From Octopus bimaculoides (Eukaryota), in assembly GCF_001194135.2 (NCBI RefSeq), contig NC_068982.1, positions 77,390,946 to 77,432,734 on the forward strand: 41,789 nucleotides of DNA, in the 5' to 3' direction. Shown in pieces: positions 1 through 11,989 of the stretch (its first letter is position 1; each line of letters opens with the position of its first letter). A program made the position numbers and the translations under genes. Under the pieces are notes generated by a model that worked only from the letters and a program-made list of their open reading frames with translations, did no database searches and was not told the origin of the DNA.

Positions 1-451
1 CAATCGACAGACAAATCTCTGTACGACCATTAGCGAAAACCTCGAAGAAAAATTTTCATAACCCAAGATGAAAAAACGACCGTGCGAACTCAAAAAGGAA
101 AAATGGTGACGAATGGAAAAACAGAGGACTCCTTTTTTTTTAAACGTGACACACGGTCGAAACCAAAATATATATCAAAGATGATATACAAGTAATTACG
201 TTATACTACGAACATTAGTGAATTCGTAAATACCAGTAATGAGACGATAGAACAAAAAACAACCTTATGAAATGAATAACAAGAGTTATTGTGTGGCNNN
301 NNNNNNNAGTCTCCATGGCCGTATTTGTTCTTTAGTCGAGTACACCAGTTATAAGTTGGTAGTCCAGAGTCCATGCTGCGTTTTTCTTCGTCGGGGGTCA
401 CCAGTATAGTCCGAAAGTGGGTTATTGCAGCTCAGCGGGCTGCGTGATCGA

Positions 452-470
452 ATCACGTCGGGGGTCACCA
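452..470 (-). promoter_or_regulatory. Primer-binding site complementary to the tRNA-Trp 3' end
   Basis: Plus strand reads ATCACGTCGGGGGTCACCA, which is the metazoan tRNA-Trp 3' end ATCACGTCGGGGTCACCA with one extra G. It lies 1 nt from the LTR end. A second, partial copy is at 389-403. Confidence 0.8.
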
Positions 471-471
471 G

Positions 472-837
472 TATAGTAGAAAGGGGGTTATACATCTTTA
501 GATTGTATACCTGACTTTCCTACTATAATATTGAGGAATATAAACGGAACGCTGAACTCCAGACTATCAACTTAAAGAACATTTATTCAGGTGGTAAACA
601 TACATATCTTTAGTTCTTGTTGTTACAGCTTCTGTGTGTATGAGCATAGTTGTTGGGACGTTGTTCTGTAGTTGTGAGCGAGCTGTCGAGTGTAAGTCCG
701 AAAGATGTAGAGAGACAGCTTAAATACGTCCATGCTCAATCGCTGGTCAGTGAGAAAGAGAATGAATTGAGCGGGAAACGCTTGGTTGTTTAATTCTACG
801 CATGCGTAAGACTACGCATGCGCACGGCGTTACTACA
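472..837 (-). mobile_element. LTR of a Gypsy-type retrotransposon (5' LTR, followed by PBS)
   Basis: On the minus strand it starts TGTAGTAACGCC and ends CTACTATA, directly followed by a PBS. A diverged inverted homologue lies at 11588-11966. Confidence 0.8.
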
Positions 838-1193
838 AGAGTATATTCTCTATGTGCCTGGTGTAAAAGACACCTGAAAGTAAGTCATAGTCAAGCGAGA
901 CAACTGACATAGATCCGTTCTCGAAGCGACAGACATCGATATTTCGTCCTTGTTTTGAATTATCGCTGTCGCATACCGAACAAGGCCTGTTGCAAGCCAT
1001 ATCGCCGACTGTGACTAAATGCTAAATGCCCCAACGTTTTATGTCACGAAAAAAAAAAAATCCAAATATGAATTAGAGGCAGCTCGAGGTACATAAACAA
1101 CATCGAACATACATACACAAGGTTGTTAGTTTGTGGGTTGGCTGCGGTTTTTATGCGTCAGAGAATATATTTTCTTATCTTATATACTTTTCT

Positions 1194-1693
<500 letters not shown>

Positions 1694-1877
1694 TGTGCAT
1701 AAATAGAGATATACTCACATATACACGTACACGCACACACACAAACTCACAAACAGACACACACTCATAACCAGACACACTCATAAACATATACACTTAT
1801 AAACACACACACGCACACACAAACACACACGAGGGAAAATGAAATAGAATCAAACGATTATAAAATGCAAACTCCAA

Positions 1878-2068
1878 GAGAGAGAAAGAAGGAGAGAGGG
1901 AAAGAGAGAGAAAGAAGGAGAGAGGGAAAGAGAGAGAAAGAAGGAGAGAGGGAAAGAGAGAGAAANNNNNNNNNNAGAAGGAGAGAGGGAAAGAGAGAGA
2001 AAGAAGGAGAGAGGGAAAGAGAGAGAAAGAAGGAGAGAGGGAAAGAGAGAGAAAGAAGGAGAGAGAGA
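1878..2068. repeat. 26-bp purine minisatellite (AGAGAGAGAAAGAAGGAGAGAGGGAA)n
   Basis: About 7 near-identical units, interrupted by a 10-N gap. Confidence 0.9.
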
Positions 2069-2505
2069 GGAATTAAAATATCAAAATACGACAACAGATT
2101 GACCAAGATCACAATGGTTTTTAATTTAACCCAAGAATTAAAATATTTTAAAGAAATGCACGACTAAAATCAGCCCTACCGTTGACATGACGTTTACGTG
2201 CTAAATTGCAGGATAGAGATTAGCAAAGCTACGGAAGTAACATCTGCTGATTTTAAGTATGTATAAAATAAGTTTGCTGTCCAAAACTGGAGAGTTGACA
2301 CACTAAACTCGATAACTAGTACAAGGCAAGGTCACACAGGATATTATTACGTACTGCTAACGTTACTTATACATCTACTGTTACACTTTAATAACCTTAC
2401 ATATACTTGTATTAAACATCGTTGACCACTTTAAGCCCGTTTTGTCTTAAAGTAGATAGATAGACAGACAGACAAATATATAGAGATAAACAGATATACA
2501 GACAC

Positions 2506-2566
<61 letters not shown>

Positions 2567-3043
2567 AGAGGTAATGATGAAGGGAGTGAAGAAAATTTAT
2601 TTGGTTTAACCGTTAATGTCGTCGTCAGAAGAACGCGGTGCAGAATTATTACTTGTATCTTGTTTTTGATATCACTGCAAACGTAGGTACACACACACAC
2701 ACACCCACACACACACACACACACACAGATGGACGCAGAGGAGGCGCAAGGTGACTGTGGATGAAGAGGTGTGAGCCTTGGAAGAAGTAGTGCTACAAGA
2801 GGTAGTGCTAACTGTGCACAAAGCTGGAGCCTTATCAAGCCTGGTTGGGTCACCTGGGTGAAGATGGCTGAATGTTGAATGATCCGAAATACCTAATAAC
2901 CCACATGAAACATCAGTGATGTTGTGTGTAGGCGCATTACAGGATGATGTATGGAAAAACTAATATAATATAATATAATATATCATACAGGATGGGTCAA
3001 AAGTCACGTACCAAAACAGTCGCCATTTTGTTTATGTACAGGC

Positions 3044-3685
3044 ATGGAAGTGTCGTCAGCCGGGCCTGTCCAAAATCCGTCCAGAGCGACGAAAGTGTTC
3101 TGCACGCTCTCGTCCAGTGCCCGAGCATTGTTGACTTCTGGGTTTATGTCGAACACCTACTGTCGCAAGTAGGACGAATCCAGCTATCGACTGAGTCCAC
3201 CTTGAAGATCGCCCCGCCTCCTTTCTTTGGCCAGGAAGAGCAGACGGTGTTTTTTTGTCTGGTGGCCTCAGCGAGAGAGGTTGTGTGGTGAAGCAGGTTG
3301 AAAATGCTCTTTGGCTAAACCTTTATCAACTTTTTCAAGTTCCACTTGAAAAGGAAAATGAGAGTAGAGAGAAAAGTGCAGCCTCCATGCAATTTTGTCA
3401 AAAGGTGGGTGAATGTAACTCGAATGGCCCGAGTGAACAGGCCTACTCTAAGCATGCGGCTCAAGATCAAGGGCAGAAGAAGAGGAGAGGGCACTTGCCC
3501 AAGAGGTCAGAGTGATCGTAGTTTTTGTGGGGTTTTCACGAGCAGCCCTTGGAAGTCTACCTCTTTTGGGGATTTTATTATTATTGATTTTCCTTATTCA
3601 CACCTTCGAATCCCACTCGTTTTTTGTACTGTCCTGTATCGCCCCCAATCTTTTATATGAACTCTCAGTGGTTAATAAAGAAAAG

Positions 3686-3686
<1 letters not shown>
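3044..3686 (+). mobile_element. 5'-truncated L1/Tx1-type LINE: ORF2 C-terminal zinc-finger region and 3' UTR
   Basis: CPKSVQSDESVLHALVQCPSIVDFW (C..HxxxxC, zf-RVT-like), continuing through stops/frameshift to FVKRWVNVTRMARVNRPTLSMRL. Ends with AATAAA then (ATT)n at ~3687-3720. Confidence 0.7.
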
Positions 3687-3720
<34 letters not shown>

Positions 3721-3721
<1 letters not shown>

Positions 3722-3910
3722 TAAGGCGAAGAGCATTTCGTCCGTCTTTATGTTCCGAGTTCAAATTCTGCCGAGGTCGACCTTGCTTTTCATCCTTTCG
3801 GAGTCGATAAATCAAATACCAGTGAAACACTGAGGTTGATGTAATCGGCTNNNNNNNNNNNNNNNNNCCCCCCGAAATTGCTGACCTTGTGCCTATAGTA
3901 GAAAGGATTT
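3721..3910 (+). mobile_element. Octopus-type tRNA-derived SINE fragment
   Basis: GTTCAAATTCTGCCGAGGTCGACCTTGCTTTTCATCCTTTCGG matches the full copy at 20173-20403. Confidence 0.8.
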
Positions 3911-4185
3911 TAAATTTATTACATTGGTCAACAAAGTAAAAATTTATTTTCTGGCATAAAATCTTAGAGTTGCTTTAGACTAATTTTTGACTGACCTCCA
4001 ATTTGTTCTATGACATTAAAATTTTATGCCATAGGTATATACCTTTATTTACCTGGAGCATACCAAAAGTTAACATTACACTACTATTTGCAAGAATTTT
4101 GGCTGGATTGTCATGCTAATTTTGAATATGTTCAAGCTGAGTTTTGCTTTAAAACCCTTCCTCTTTTCTCACATGTGAACTGAAC

Positions 4186-5648
4186 CACTGTGATTTAGCT
4201 ATGGATACAACATCAAAAAGAAGGACGTATTGTTAAGAGCCCGATATCTTGTTACATCTGTGGCAGCTTCACTCCACAGGCTCAAGGGTACAACATTAAT
4301 AACTTTACCAAGAAGGTGCATCATACTAACAGTAAAGTAACACTTGGAAATCAGGACAAAACATGAGCTCCCCACAAACTTTGCAAAACCTGTGTTGAAA
4401 CTTGGTGTGGTGAAGCAATTCATCAAAGCTCTTTATCACAGTGGAAACTCCTTCAGATATATATGCACAACCTTTTCAAGTCTCAGGGACGAGAAGAAGG
4501 TAGGAATATTTGATGGACCTCAAATAAGAACACTCCTCGGGGATCCACATTTTGTTGCAATAATAAGTGCGGCAGAGGTTAGAGATTGGACTGCCTTCTC
4601 TGATGTGGTGCGGAATTTCCTCGGGAATGGGAAAGCTGACAGCTATCGCGAGATTGTGGAGGAGCTGCTCTTGACTTCGCAAGCACTTAGATGTAAAATG
4701 AGCATTAAATTGCACTACTCACACACAGGGCCCGCCTTGGGAGGTGCGGGACCCAACTGGGTGAGGTGAGGGGGGAATTTTTGAGGGTACACCCTACCCC
4801 ACCCCTTCGATTTCCGTGGAAAAAAATTATTTGCGGTATATTAAGAGATTAGATTATTTGATAGCACAAGANNNNNNNNNNAAAAAAAAAAAAAAAAAAC
4901 GAGGAAAAATATTATTTCCCACCAAAATTGAGTTGGGTGTTTATATAAATTTGTCAAAAATTTTCACCATCAATAAGCGAAACTACATTTAAATTACATT
5001 TTTAAAAAATATTCTGGCAAAAAATGAAAAGAAATTTAACAAGATCCCATAGAAACTTGTATCTGTTGCATGAAAAGCAAATTAATAATTAGAATTTTTC
5101 GGAAGCTGGTTATATACTTGCCTTATACTTTTTTCTATAACTTCTGTTGTAGAAAACAGTCCTGTCTGCCTGTTTCATAGCTGTATGGTTCTGGGTTTAG
5201 CACCACTGTATGACAGCAAATGTCTCCTACTATAGTTTCGCGCGCACGCGCGCGCGAATGTGTTTGTGCTTGTCCAAAAACCTAAATGTGAGTCATTGCA
5301 AAGAGATATTCTCTTTGAATCAAGGGACAAGAAATTTTATCTCACCTCCCCTTCTTTCTCTCTATTTATCTCTCTTTCTCACTGCACACACACACACACA
5401 CACACACACGCGTATGTATATGTATACAGTTCACCACACTAAAAAAATACATATACGTACAATCATACACATACAAGCAAAAACATACATACGCATACAT
5501 TGACACAAATACAAAGACTTCAACAAAATCACTATGAAAAATAATTGAACTTTTCACTTTTGTTTTGACAGAAATTTCTGTGGACAAAATATTGAGCACA
5601 TATTTAGCCTTTTGCATTTATCATTTTTGTTTTATTTTTTGCTTTCTT

Positions 5649-5719
<71 letters not shown>

Positions 5720-6421
5720 ACACTTTAACTGAAATAAAAGTTTCCCCAAAATTAAACATACAAAGTATATTTATAGTGGCTCACACATACAAACATACGG
5801 ACACATATATACATACAACTCATCATACACTTAAACAACCACATACATACTCCCACACATACACAAATATTTTACCCAAACATGCCCATAAACACTCCCA
5901 AACATTCACATACACACATGCATATTGACACTTACACTAAAAATACAAGCAAGGTAATTTTGACCCAAGCAATTTTGGATGCCATGCGTCGCTAAAATGT
6001 AGAAAGTATCTTTTTTTTAAGGATCATTTTTATGAAGATTTTTTTAAACTTCAAGGAGACCAACCTTGATTAAATGTTGCAGTATAGGATGTGGCTTCCT
6101 TGAGCGCTGGGCCCAATTGGGAGCAATCGGTCCAATTGGCTTAAGGCCGGCCCTGCTCGCACAGTCACTTGGGTGAATTGCCAGAGAACCTGGATGATGT
6201 TAACGAAGCACTCTTTTGGAATATTTGTGGTTTTCGTCACTGTTTACAGTTTTGCTCCAATTGTTTTCAAATTTGGTGTATGGATTAAGTTTTGTATATT
6301 AGTTATGAAAATGAAATTCATTTTCCCTATAAATCCATAATCAAAAAGTTATTAGCCTTTCAAATTTGCAAAATTTGGGTATTTTAATCAATCGGAAGCG
6401 AGTCTTTTACACATCACCGTG
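4186..6421 (+). mobile_element. Decayed DNA transposon with a transposase of the LHIKLG...KLHxLHSHL..PENL family (probably CMC/Chapaev3-like), split by a hAT insertion
   Basis: Translation KLGVVKQFIKAL...GIFDGPQIRTLLGD...VRNFLGNGK...MSIKLHY at ~4395-4725 resumes at 6164 as SHLGELPENLDDVNE. Possible short termini CACTGTGAT (4186) and ATCACCGTG (6421). Superfamily name is from memory; outer ends are uncertain. Confidence 0.6.
4726..6155. mobile_element. Non-autonomous hAT-type element (1430 bp)
   Basis: Termini CAGGGCCCGCCTT...AAGGCCGGCCCTG. 8-bp TSD CTCACACA (4718-4725) / CTCGCACA (6156-6163), one mismatch. Confidence 0.8.
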
Positions 6422-6699
6422 GCAAAAGACTCTGTTTTCATTGTAACATACTATGCAAACGCACAAGAAGGAGTGTGTGTGTGCGCGCGCGCGCAATGGA
6501 AGTAGGATGGTGAGCATTCAACTCCTGTTGGTTTGTTTGTAGTTTTTAAATATTTAATTTGCTCGCGAAAATTTTAATGTTAAGTTCATTCGTGTATATT
6601 ATGGAATAAATGAATAACAAATTCGGATTCAACGTCAAAAATTACATCTATATGATACATAAAAAATTGTTTTAAAGATAATTGTAAACAGTGACGAAA

Positions 6700-6960
6700 A
6701 CCACAAAGATCCCTCTTTTGTTAATCTGGCTTTAGTCACAACACCAACGTATGCAACATTCTCATCGATTCCAAGATACTCGTAGTTTTCATCATTACAC
6801 TTAGGGGAGATAGACAAGCCAGTGATGTACATGTTCTCTGATCGAGAATCTCTCCTCAGTTGATTATCATGTATGAGCATTTATCTTGTCCAAACTCCAT
6901 TCGTATGTCTTGTAACAATGCCGTTGTAAACGACCGTGCGAAATGAAGGCGACGAGAATG
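6700..6960 (-). mobile_element. R4/Dong-like non-LTR reverse transcriptase fragment (C-terminal part)
   Basis: QDIRMEFGQDKCS and, after a frameshift, NYEYLGIDEN; typical of the late RT domains of RLE-type elements. Confidence 0.6.
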
Positions 6961-7851
6961 GCTCCTTTGCACATCACCCGGTCGATACAATACATATGAA
7001 AAGAATAAATGCGTATAAGTGCCAGAAGGAAAAGAGAGACACAACCGGGTAGAATGTTTAAGAGAAGATTTTATTGATAGGTTAACATGTGTGTCTGTTT
7101 GTGCGTCAAACATGGATGTATGCGTGTGCGATAAGTACAGAGCATTGAAAGAGTCTATAATATGACGTTAGAAGAATGTTCAGACAAAAGGATGATAAAT
7201 ACCAGTTCGTAGTCAATGTACACGATAGTTGAAATGCTGTATCAAGAAGTTGTGGCTGTAATGCAGAGCCGGTTGAGGTACCTGTCGTACGTGAAGTTGA
7301 TGCTACGATGCTGCTGCCGGTCACTTGTTACAGGAGGTCTCGCAGGTTGTATTTGCTGTTAACCATGGTGAAGTAATTCACAAACAGTGTTGGAACCTGT
7401 GCGAGTGTTGCTGGTTGCTGTGTACGTAGAGAGATGATGTTGATGTTAGGACGAATGCTGGCGACAGAGATGGAGATTACTGAATGCTGCTTGGACGAAG
7501 TTGATGAGTCTCCATGTGGTTGCTGTTGTATCGTCGCTGGAACTGGCTGTCTTGTGTAGTCAGTGGCTAGACCTCAAAAGGTCTGGAACCGAAAGACATC
7601 GAGACAGTGTGCAGCAAGAGTTTTATATGGTGCAGTCGGCTCACCGGAGGTTTAGAAGAGACTGTCTCACGTGACCTTATTTGAAGGCTGCAAATTAGTT
7701 GGGTTGCATATTGGCGCGCAATAGAGCAAGAGACAAATTGTGCCAATACCAACCAATCAGAGTAGTGGACACAACAGGGTCCAAAAGGGCGGCCGAAGGA
7801 TAGCTGTTATCTACTACGTCCGTATTTATGTATATATAACAGAGAGAGAGT

Positions 7852-7908
<57 letters not shown>

Positions 7909-8039
7909 TATTTCCTCTCAAGCGTACGCTACACTGTGATTAGTTCTAATTGTCTTTTGATGTCGGTCATATTACTAGATTATAACTTTAGGTCATCAAC
8001 AAAAAAATGTGGGGGTAACATTAATTTTATTCTTTTCTG

Positions 8040-8380
8040 CCTATCTCAGCATGTAACCTTGGCATTTTGTTAACAGGGCTGATACGGGGTTCACTGCCAA
8101 TACAAACAATATCATAGATAAACTATCACCCAAGAATATGCCTGCTGATAGCTTAATTCTGTTGCTTTTGTTGTTGTCAGTGATAACTGGGTGGACCATG
8201 TTATGGCCAGTCTTTCAATGGTATTCACTATAGCAGCTGGTACTTTGTCAAGGTGTAGTAATTCTATCATCCATAAGTGAGGAACAGAGTCGAAAGCCTT
8301 CTTATAATCTAGCCATATTGTTAAGAGATTACTGTGATGTTGCTTGACTTCCTTAAGGACAGCTTTGTTGAGGAGGAGTC
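8040..8380 (-). mobile_element. R4/Dong-like non-LTR reverse transcriptase fragment
   Basis: WLDYKKAFDSVPHLWM and, after a frameshift, GIFLGDSLSMILFVLAVNP (GIFQGDSLSP-like). The 5' junction abuts the (TACA)n tract at 8381-8413. Confidence 0.8.
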
Positions 8381-8413
8381 GTATGTATGTATGTATATAT
8401 GTATGTATGTATG

Positions 8414-9062
8414 TTATCAATCAGTTTCATTTCTGTATTTCTTGTCAATAGAGAAAGAGCCGGACTCTAACATAGGATTCAAGGCTCCTTCATTGGAACT
8501 TTTATCAACATCATCTAGGTATTTGTGCATATGTGTGTGTGTGCAGTATTTGGTGTTAGTGTATGCGCAGATTTGTATGTTTGTTTTATGGATGCGTTTT
8601 TATGTATATATTTTCATGTCTAGATGCATGCATATGTATTTATGTGCTAAATTTTTGGAAAGTTTTACATATCTTTACAGTTCCATTGATGGCTTGAATC
8701 TGTAGTCTTCTAATCAGCCTTTTTCTTTCAGGTTTTGAGAACCCTAATTTTTCCAGGTTTTTATTGAGGCAGTTCGTTACATATCCCAATGCCCCAACAA
8801 TCACGGGTATGAATCTAAACTTGTAGTCTGGGTGGAGTATCTGCAAATTTCTCAGTAGCTCGGTGTAGTTGTTATTTTTTTCTCTAATCTTTAGTGTGAT
8901 GTTGACATCCGCAGGACAGCTGATTTCTACTACTGTACACAGTTTCTCTTCTCTGTCCCAGATTACTATATCCGGTCTATTATATCTGCATTTTATTGAG
9001 GTTGTTATTGGGACATTCCACCAATACTCTTTCATATTGTGAGTGATAATGGCATCTACCTC
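8414..9062 (-). mobile_element. 5'-truncated R4/Dong-like element: restriction-like endonuclease domain and 3' UTR
   Basis: NRPDIVIWDREEKLCTVVEISCP...K...Y...IPVIVGALG is the RPD..(D/E)..K RLE signature. Bounded on both sides by (TACA)n. Confidence 0.85.
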
Positions 9063-9289
9063 TATGTATGTATGTATGTATGTATGTATGTATGTATGTA
9101 TGTATGTATGTATGTATGTATCTGTGTGTATGTTGTATAAATGCGTTTTGCCTACGGCTTATTCAATCTGTATAATTGAAGAAGCTATTAGTTCCTTCAC
9201 ACACATTCATATATATATACTCATACATACATACATACATACATATATATGTCTATGTGTGAGTGTGGGTATGTGGTATTATAGTCACA

Positions 9290-9547
9290 GGCTGAATATC
9301 CATTCAGGTGTGCCAAACCGTTTCCGTTCAATCAGCTGCATCCAACCGTCTCATTTCAAAACGAGGAACTATAATGGGGAACTACACCACCCGACAAACA
9401 GGGAATTATGATATGTGTCAGTTGAATTATTTACTTAGAATCAAGAGTCATAATCTCAATTTGCCAAGATCTTATCTTCTCTAATTTTGAAGTTCCAGCT
9501 CCTAAATCAACAAATGTTGAATGCTGTAACGTATTATCATAAAGCAG
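9290..9547 (+). repeat. Dispersed repeat, copy 1 (copy 2 at ~10721-10990)
   Basis: Shared blocks GCTGAAT..TGTGCCAAACCGTTTCCGT..GAGGAACT..AAACAGGGAAT..CATAATCTCAATTTGC.AAGATCTTATCTT..CTCCTAAATCAA..TGTAACGTATTATCATAA in both copies. Confidence 0.8.
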
Positions 9548-10567
9548 AAAATCCGTTCCCATCGTCAGAGTTGCGAACGCGCTGTAACATCTTCTTTGTT
9601 TGTTAAATATTGACCAAATTCCAAGCCTATACTGTCGAAATATAAGGTCTTTTTTTCCATCTTTTTTCTTTTCGTTTTTTTTTTTTTTCAAATTGCCTTG
9701 GGTCAGTTCTCTTTGCTTTGCATATTCCCCTTGCCCTGTATTGATTTCTATATGTAGGGAACAGCCGATTCAGTCCCCTATTTATGACTGCCGTCTATTT
9801 TTATTCACCCTGAAAGAATGAAGGGCAAAATCGACCTCTAAATATTTATTTCTTATTCAGGCATAAGGCCAGCAATTCTGAGGAAATGTTTTGCCAACCA
9901 CACTCACTCCAGTACTTGACTGGTACTTCATTTTATCGACCTCAAAAATATGAACAGCAAAGCTGACCTCAAAGGAATTATCATAAAGCCGAAATACCAC
10001 AAAGCATTTTGTTTTTGTCGATTCTCTAATGATTCTGCTAGCTCGCTATCGTTGCAAAATAAATCCGACCCTGAACCTATTTTTAACCAATACAACCAAG
10101 GGAAATAACTTTTAAAGAGATAAGCAGGGGAGAGCACTTATTTCGTTTACCAGGATAAAAATATAATTTTTCAGGGAACGTCATTTTTTATTTTATCAAT
10201 TTCAGTGTCTTAAGTCGTATTTATTTATCGACTTCCGAGAGATGTCTTGAGAATTTGACGGTAGTAGCTACTTCTAGCGAAATAAATATTGCTTTTTTCT
10301 TGGTACAATAGTAGTAGGTTTTAGTAGAGATATCAATAGATGCCGTTTCGACGCTGATTCATTTGGCATTAGACGTTTTAATGTTTCTCTCGTGTTTCTC
10401 TCCTCACCCACCTTTCTCTCTGCTTATGTGCCTGCGTGTACATCTCTTTATGTGAATGGGAGGGAAAGCGTTAATGCCAATTGTATTCAATTGATAATCT
10501 TTCTCTCTCTCTCCTTTTCTTTCTATATGTGTATATTTCTGTGCTTGTGTGTGTGTGTGTGTGTGTT

Positions 10568-10622
<55 letters not shown>

Positions 10623-11039
10623 GCGCGCGTGTGCGTGCTGTATGTATGTATATATATGTGCGCGCGTGAGACTTTTTATGTGCATTTACCTCTGTCATCA
10701 AAAACTACTGTCGCTAAAACAAGCTGAATGTTCATCCAAATGTGCCAAACCGTTTCCGTCCACACAGCTGTTCCCAAGTGTCTCATTCCAAAATGAGGAA
10801 CTGTAATGCGTAGGTACTACACTACCCCACAAACAGGGAATGATAGTATCGATGATATATGTTAGTTGCATTATTCACTTAGAATTAGGAATCATAATCT
10901 CAATTTGCTAAGATCTTATCTTTTCTAATTTTACAGTACGTGCTCCTAAATCAATAAGTGTTAAATGGTGTAACGTATTATCATAAGGTAGATCTCTGGT
11001 TGCGTTATATATCTATTCTGATTGTTACATAGAATAAAA

Positions 11040-11370
11040 TAAACTTAGATATGTTTCGACCAACAGTTGGCCCCGGATACGTTTAACTTAGTAGCACCAC
11101 CTGATAGAATCTATTAGGTCATTTTAAAGTCAAGTTTTGTGGTAGCATGACCCATTCAAATAGGGAGTTGTTGTTGACTGGGATGTATCCAGGTAAAGGT
11201 GTTTGTTTGGTATCCTTTAAAGAAATTTGTTTGTTTGGTATCCCTTGAAGAAATTTGTCCAGATTTCGTTTGAAAGTGGTGGAATCTTTTTCTTTGATTT
11301 GTTTTACGGTAATGTTAAACAGAGCTGGGACTGTTGAGGAAAAGTAATTGTGTTGCAATGTATTTATGTG
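11040..11370 (-). mobile_element. CR1/L2-group LINE 3' end fragment
   Basis: HNYFSSTVPALFNI...TFKRNLDKFLQGIP...PGY...NNSLFEW, a typical ORF2 C-terminus. Confidence 0.55.
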
Positions 11371-11587
11371 TTGTGAGTGTGAATTGTGTATGTGTGTGTG
11401 TGTGTGGGGGGGCATATAGTACGGGGTCCTAGCCTTTGATTGATTCTGAATTTTGTGTTAAGGTTGTTTGGGCAATGCTAAGGGCATATACTTCATATTG
11501 TGCAAATGATATAGAATATATATTATATTAACACCATAATATGACAGATTAAGAAGGTATTCAACCTCAGAAATTCACTAATAAAAG

Positions 11588-11966
11588 TGTAGTAACGCCG
11601 TGCGCATGCGTAGTCTCACGCATGCGTGGAATTCAACATCCAAGCGTTCCCGTTTTATTCTTTCTCTTTCTCGACTGGTCGGCGATTGAGCATGGACGTG
11701 TCAAGCCTTCTCTCCATCTTTCGAACTCACGTCAGACAGCTCACATCAACATTCCAATGTCTCAGCAACCATGCTCACACACAGAAGCGGACAATCTAAG
11801 GCTGACTCAACACAGAAGGCGACTCAACAACCAAGAGTAAAGCTGTCTATTTTCTACCTTAAATAAATATTATTTGTGTTGATAGTTTGGAGTTCTGCGT
11901 TCTGTTCATTCTAATTTAATATAGGAAAGCAGGTGTACATCTAATGATGTATAACGCATTCCTATA
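11588..11966 (+). mobile_element. Solo LTR, same family as 472-837
   Basis: TGTAGTAACGCCGTGCGCATGCGTAGTC...CTATA, flanked by a 4-bp direct repeat AAAG (11584-11587 and 11967-11970); no PBS follows. Confidence 0.75.
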
Positions 11967-11989
11967 AAAGCAAACTATTCCACGGTGAG

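Noticed and set aside
10392-10806. Cys-Val and His-Thr-rich ORFs (also at 1510-1796, 1858-2167, 2431-2853, 9043-9411, 22095-22319, 38116-38784)
   Set aside because: Translations of microsatellites or minisatellites.
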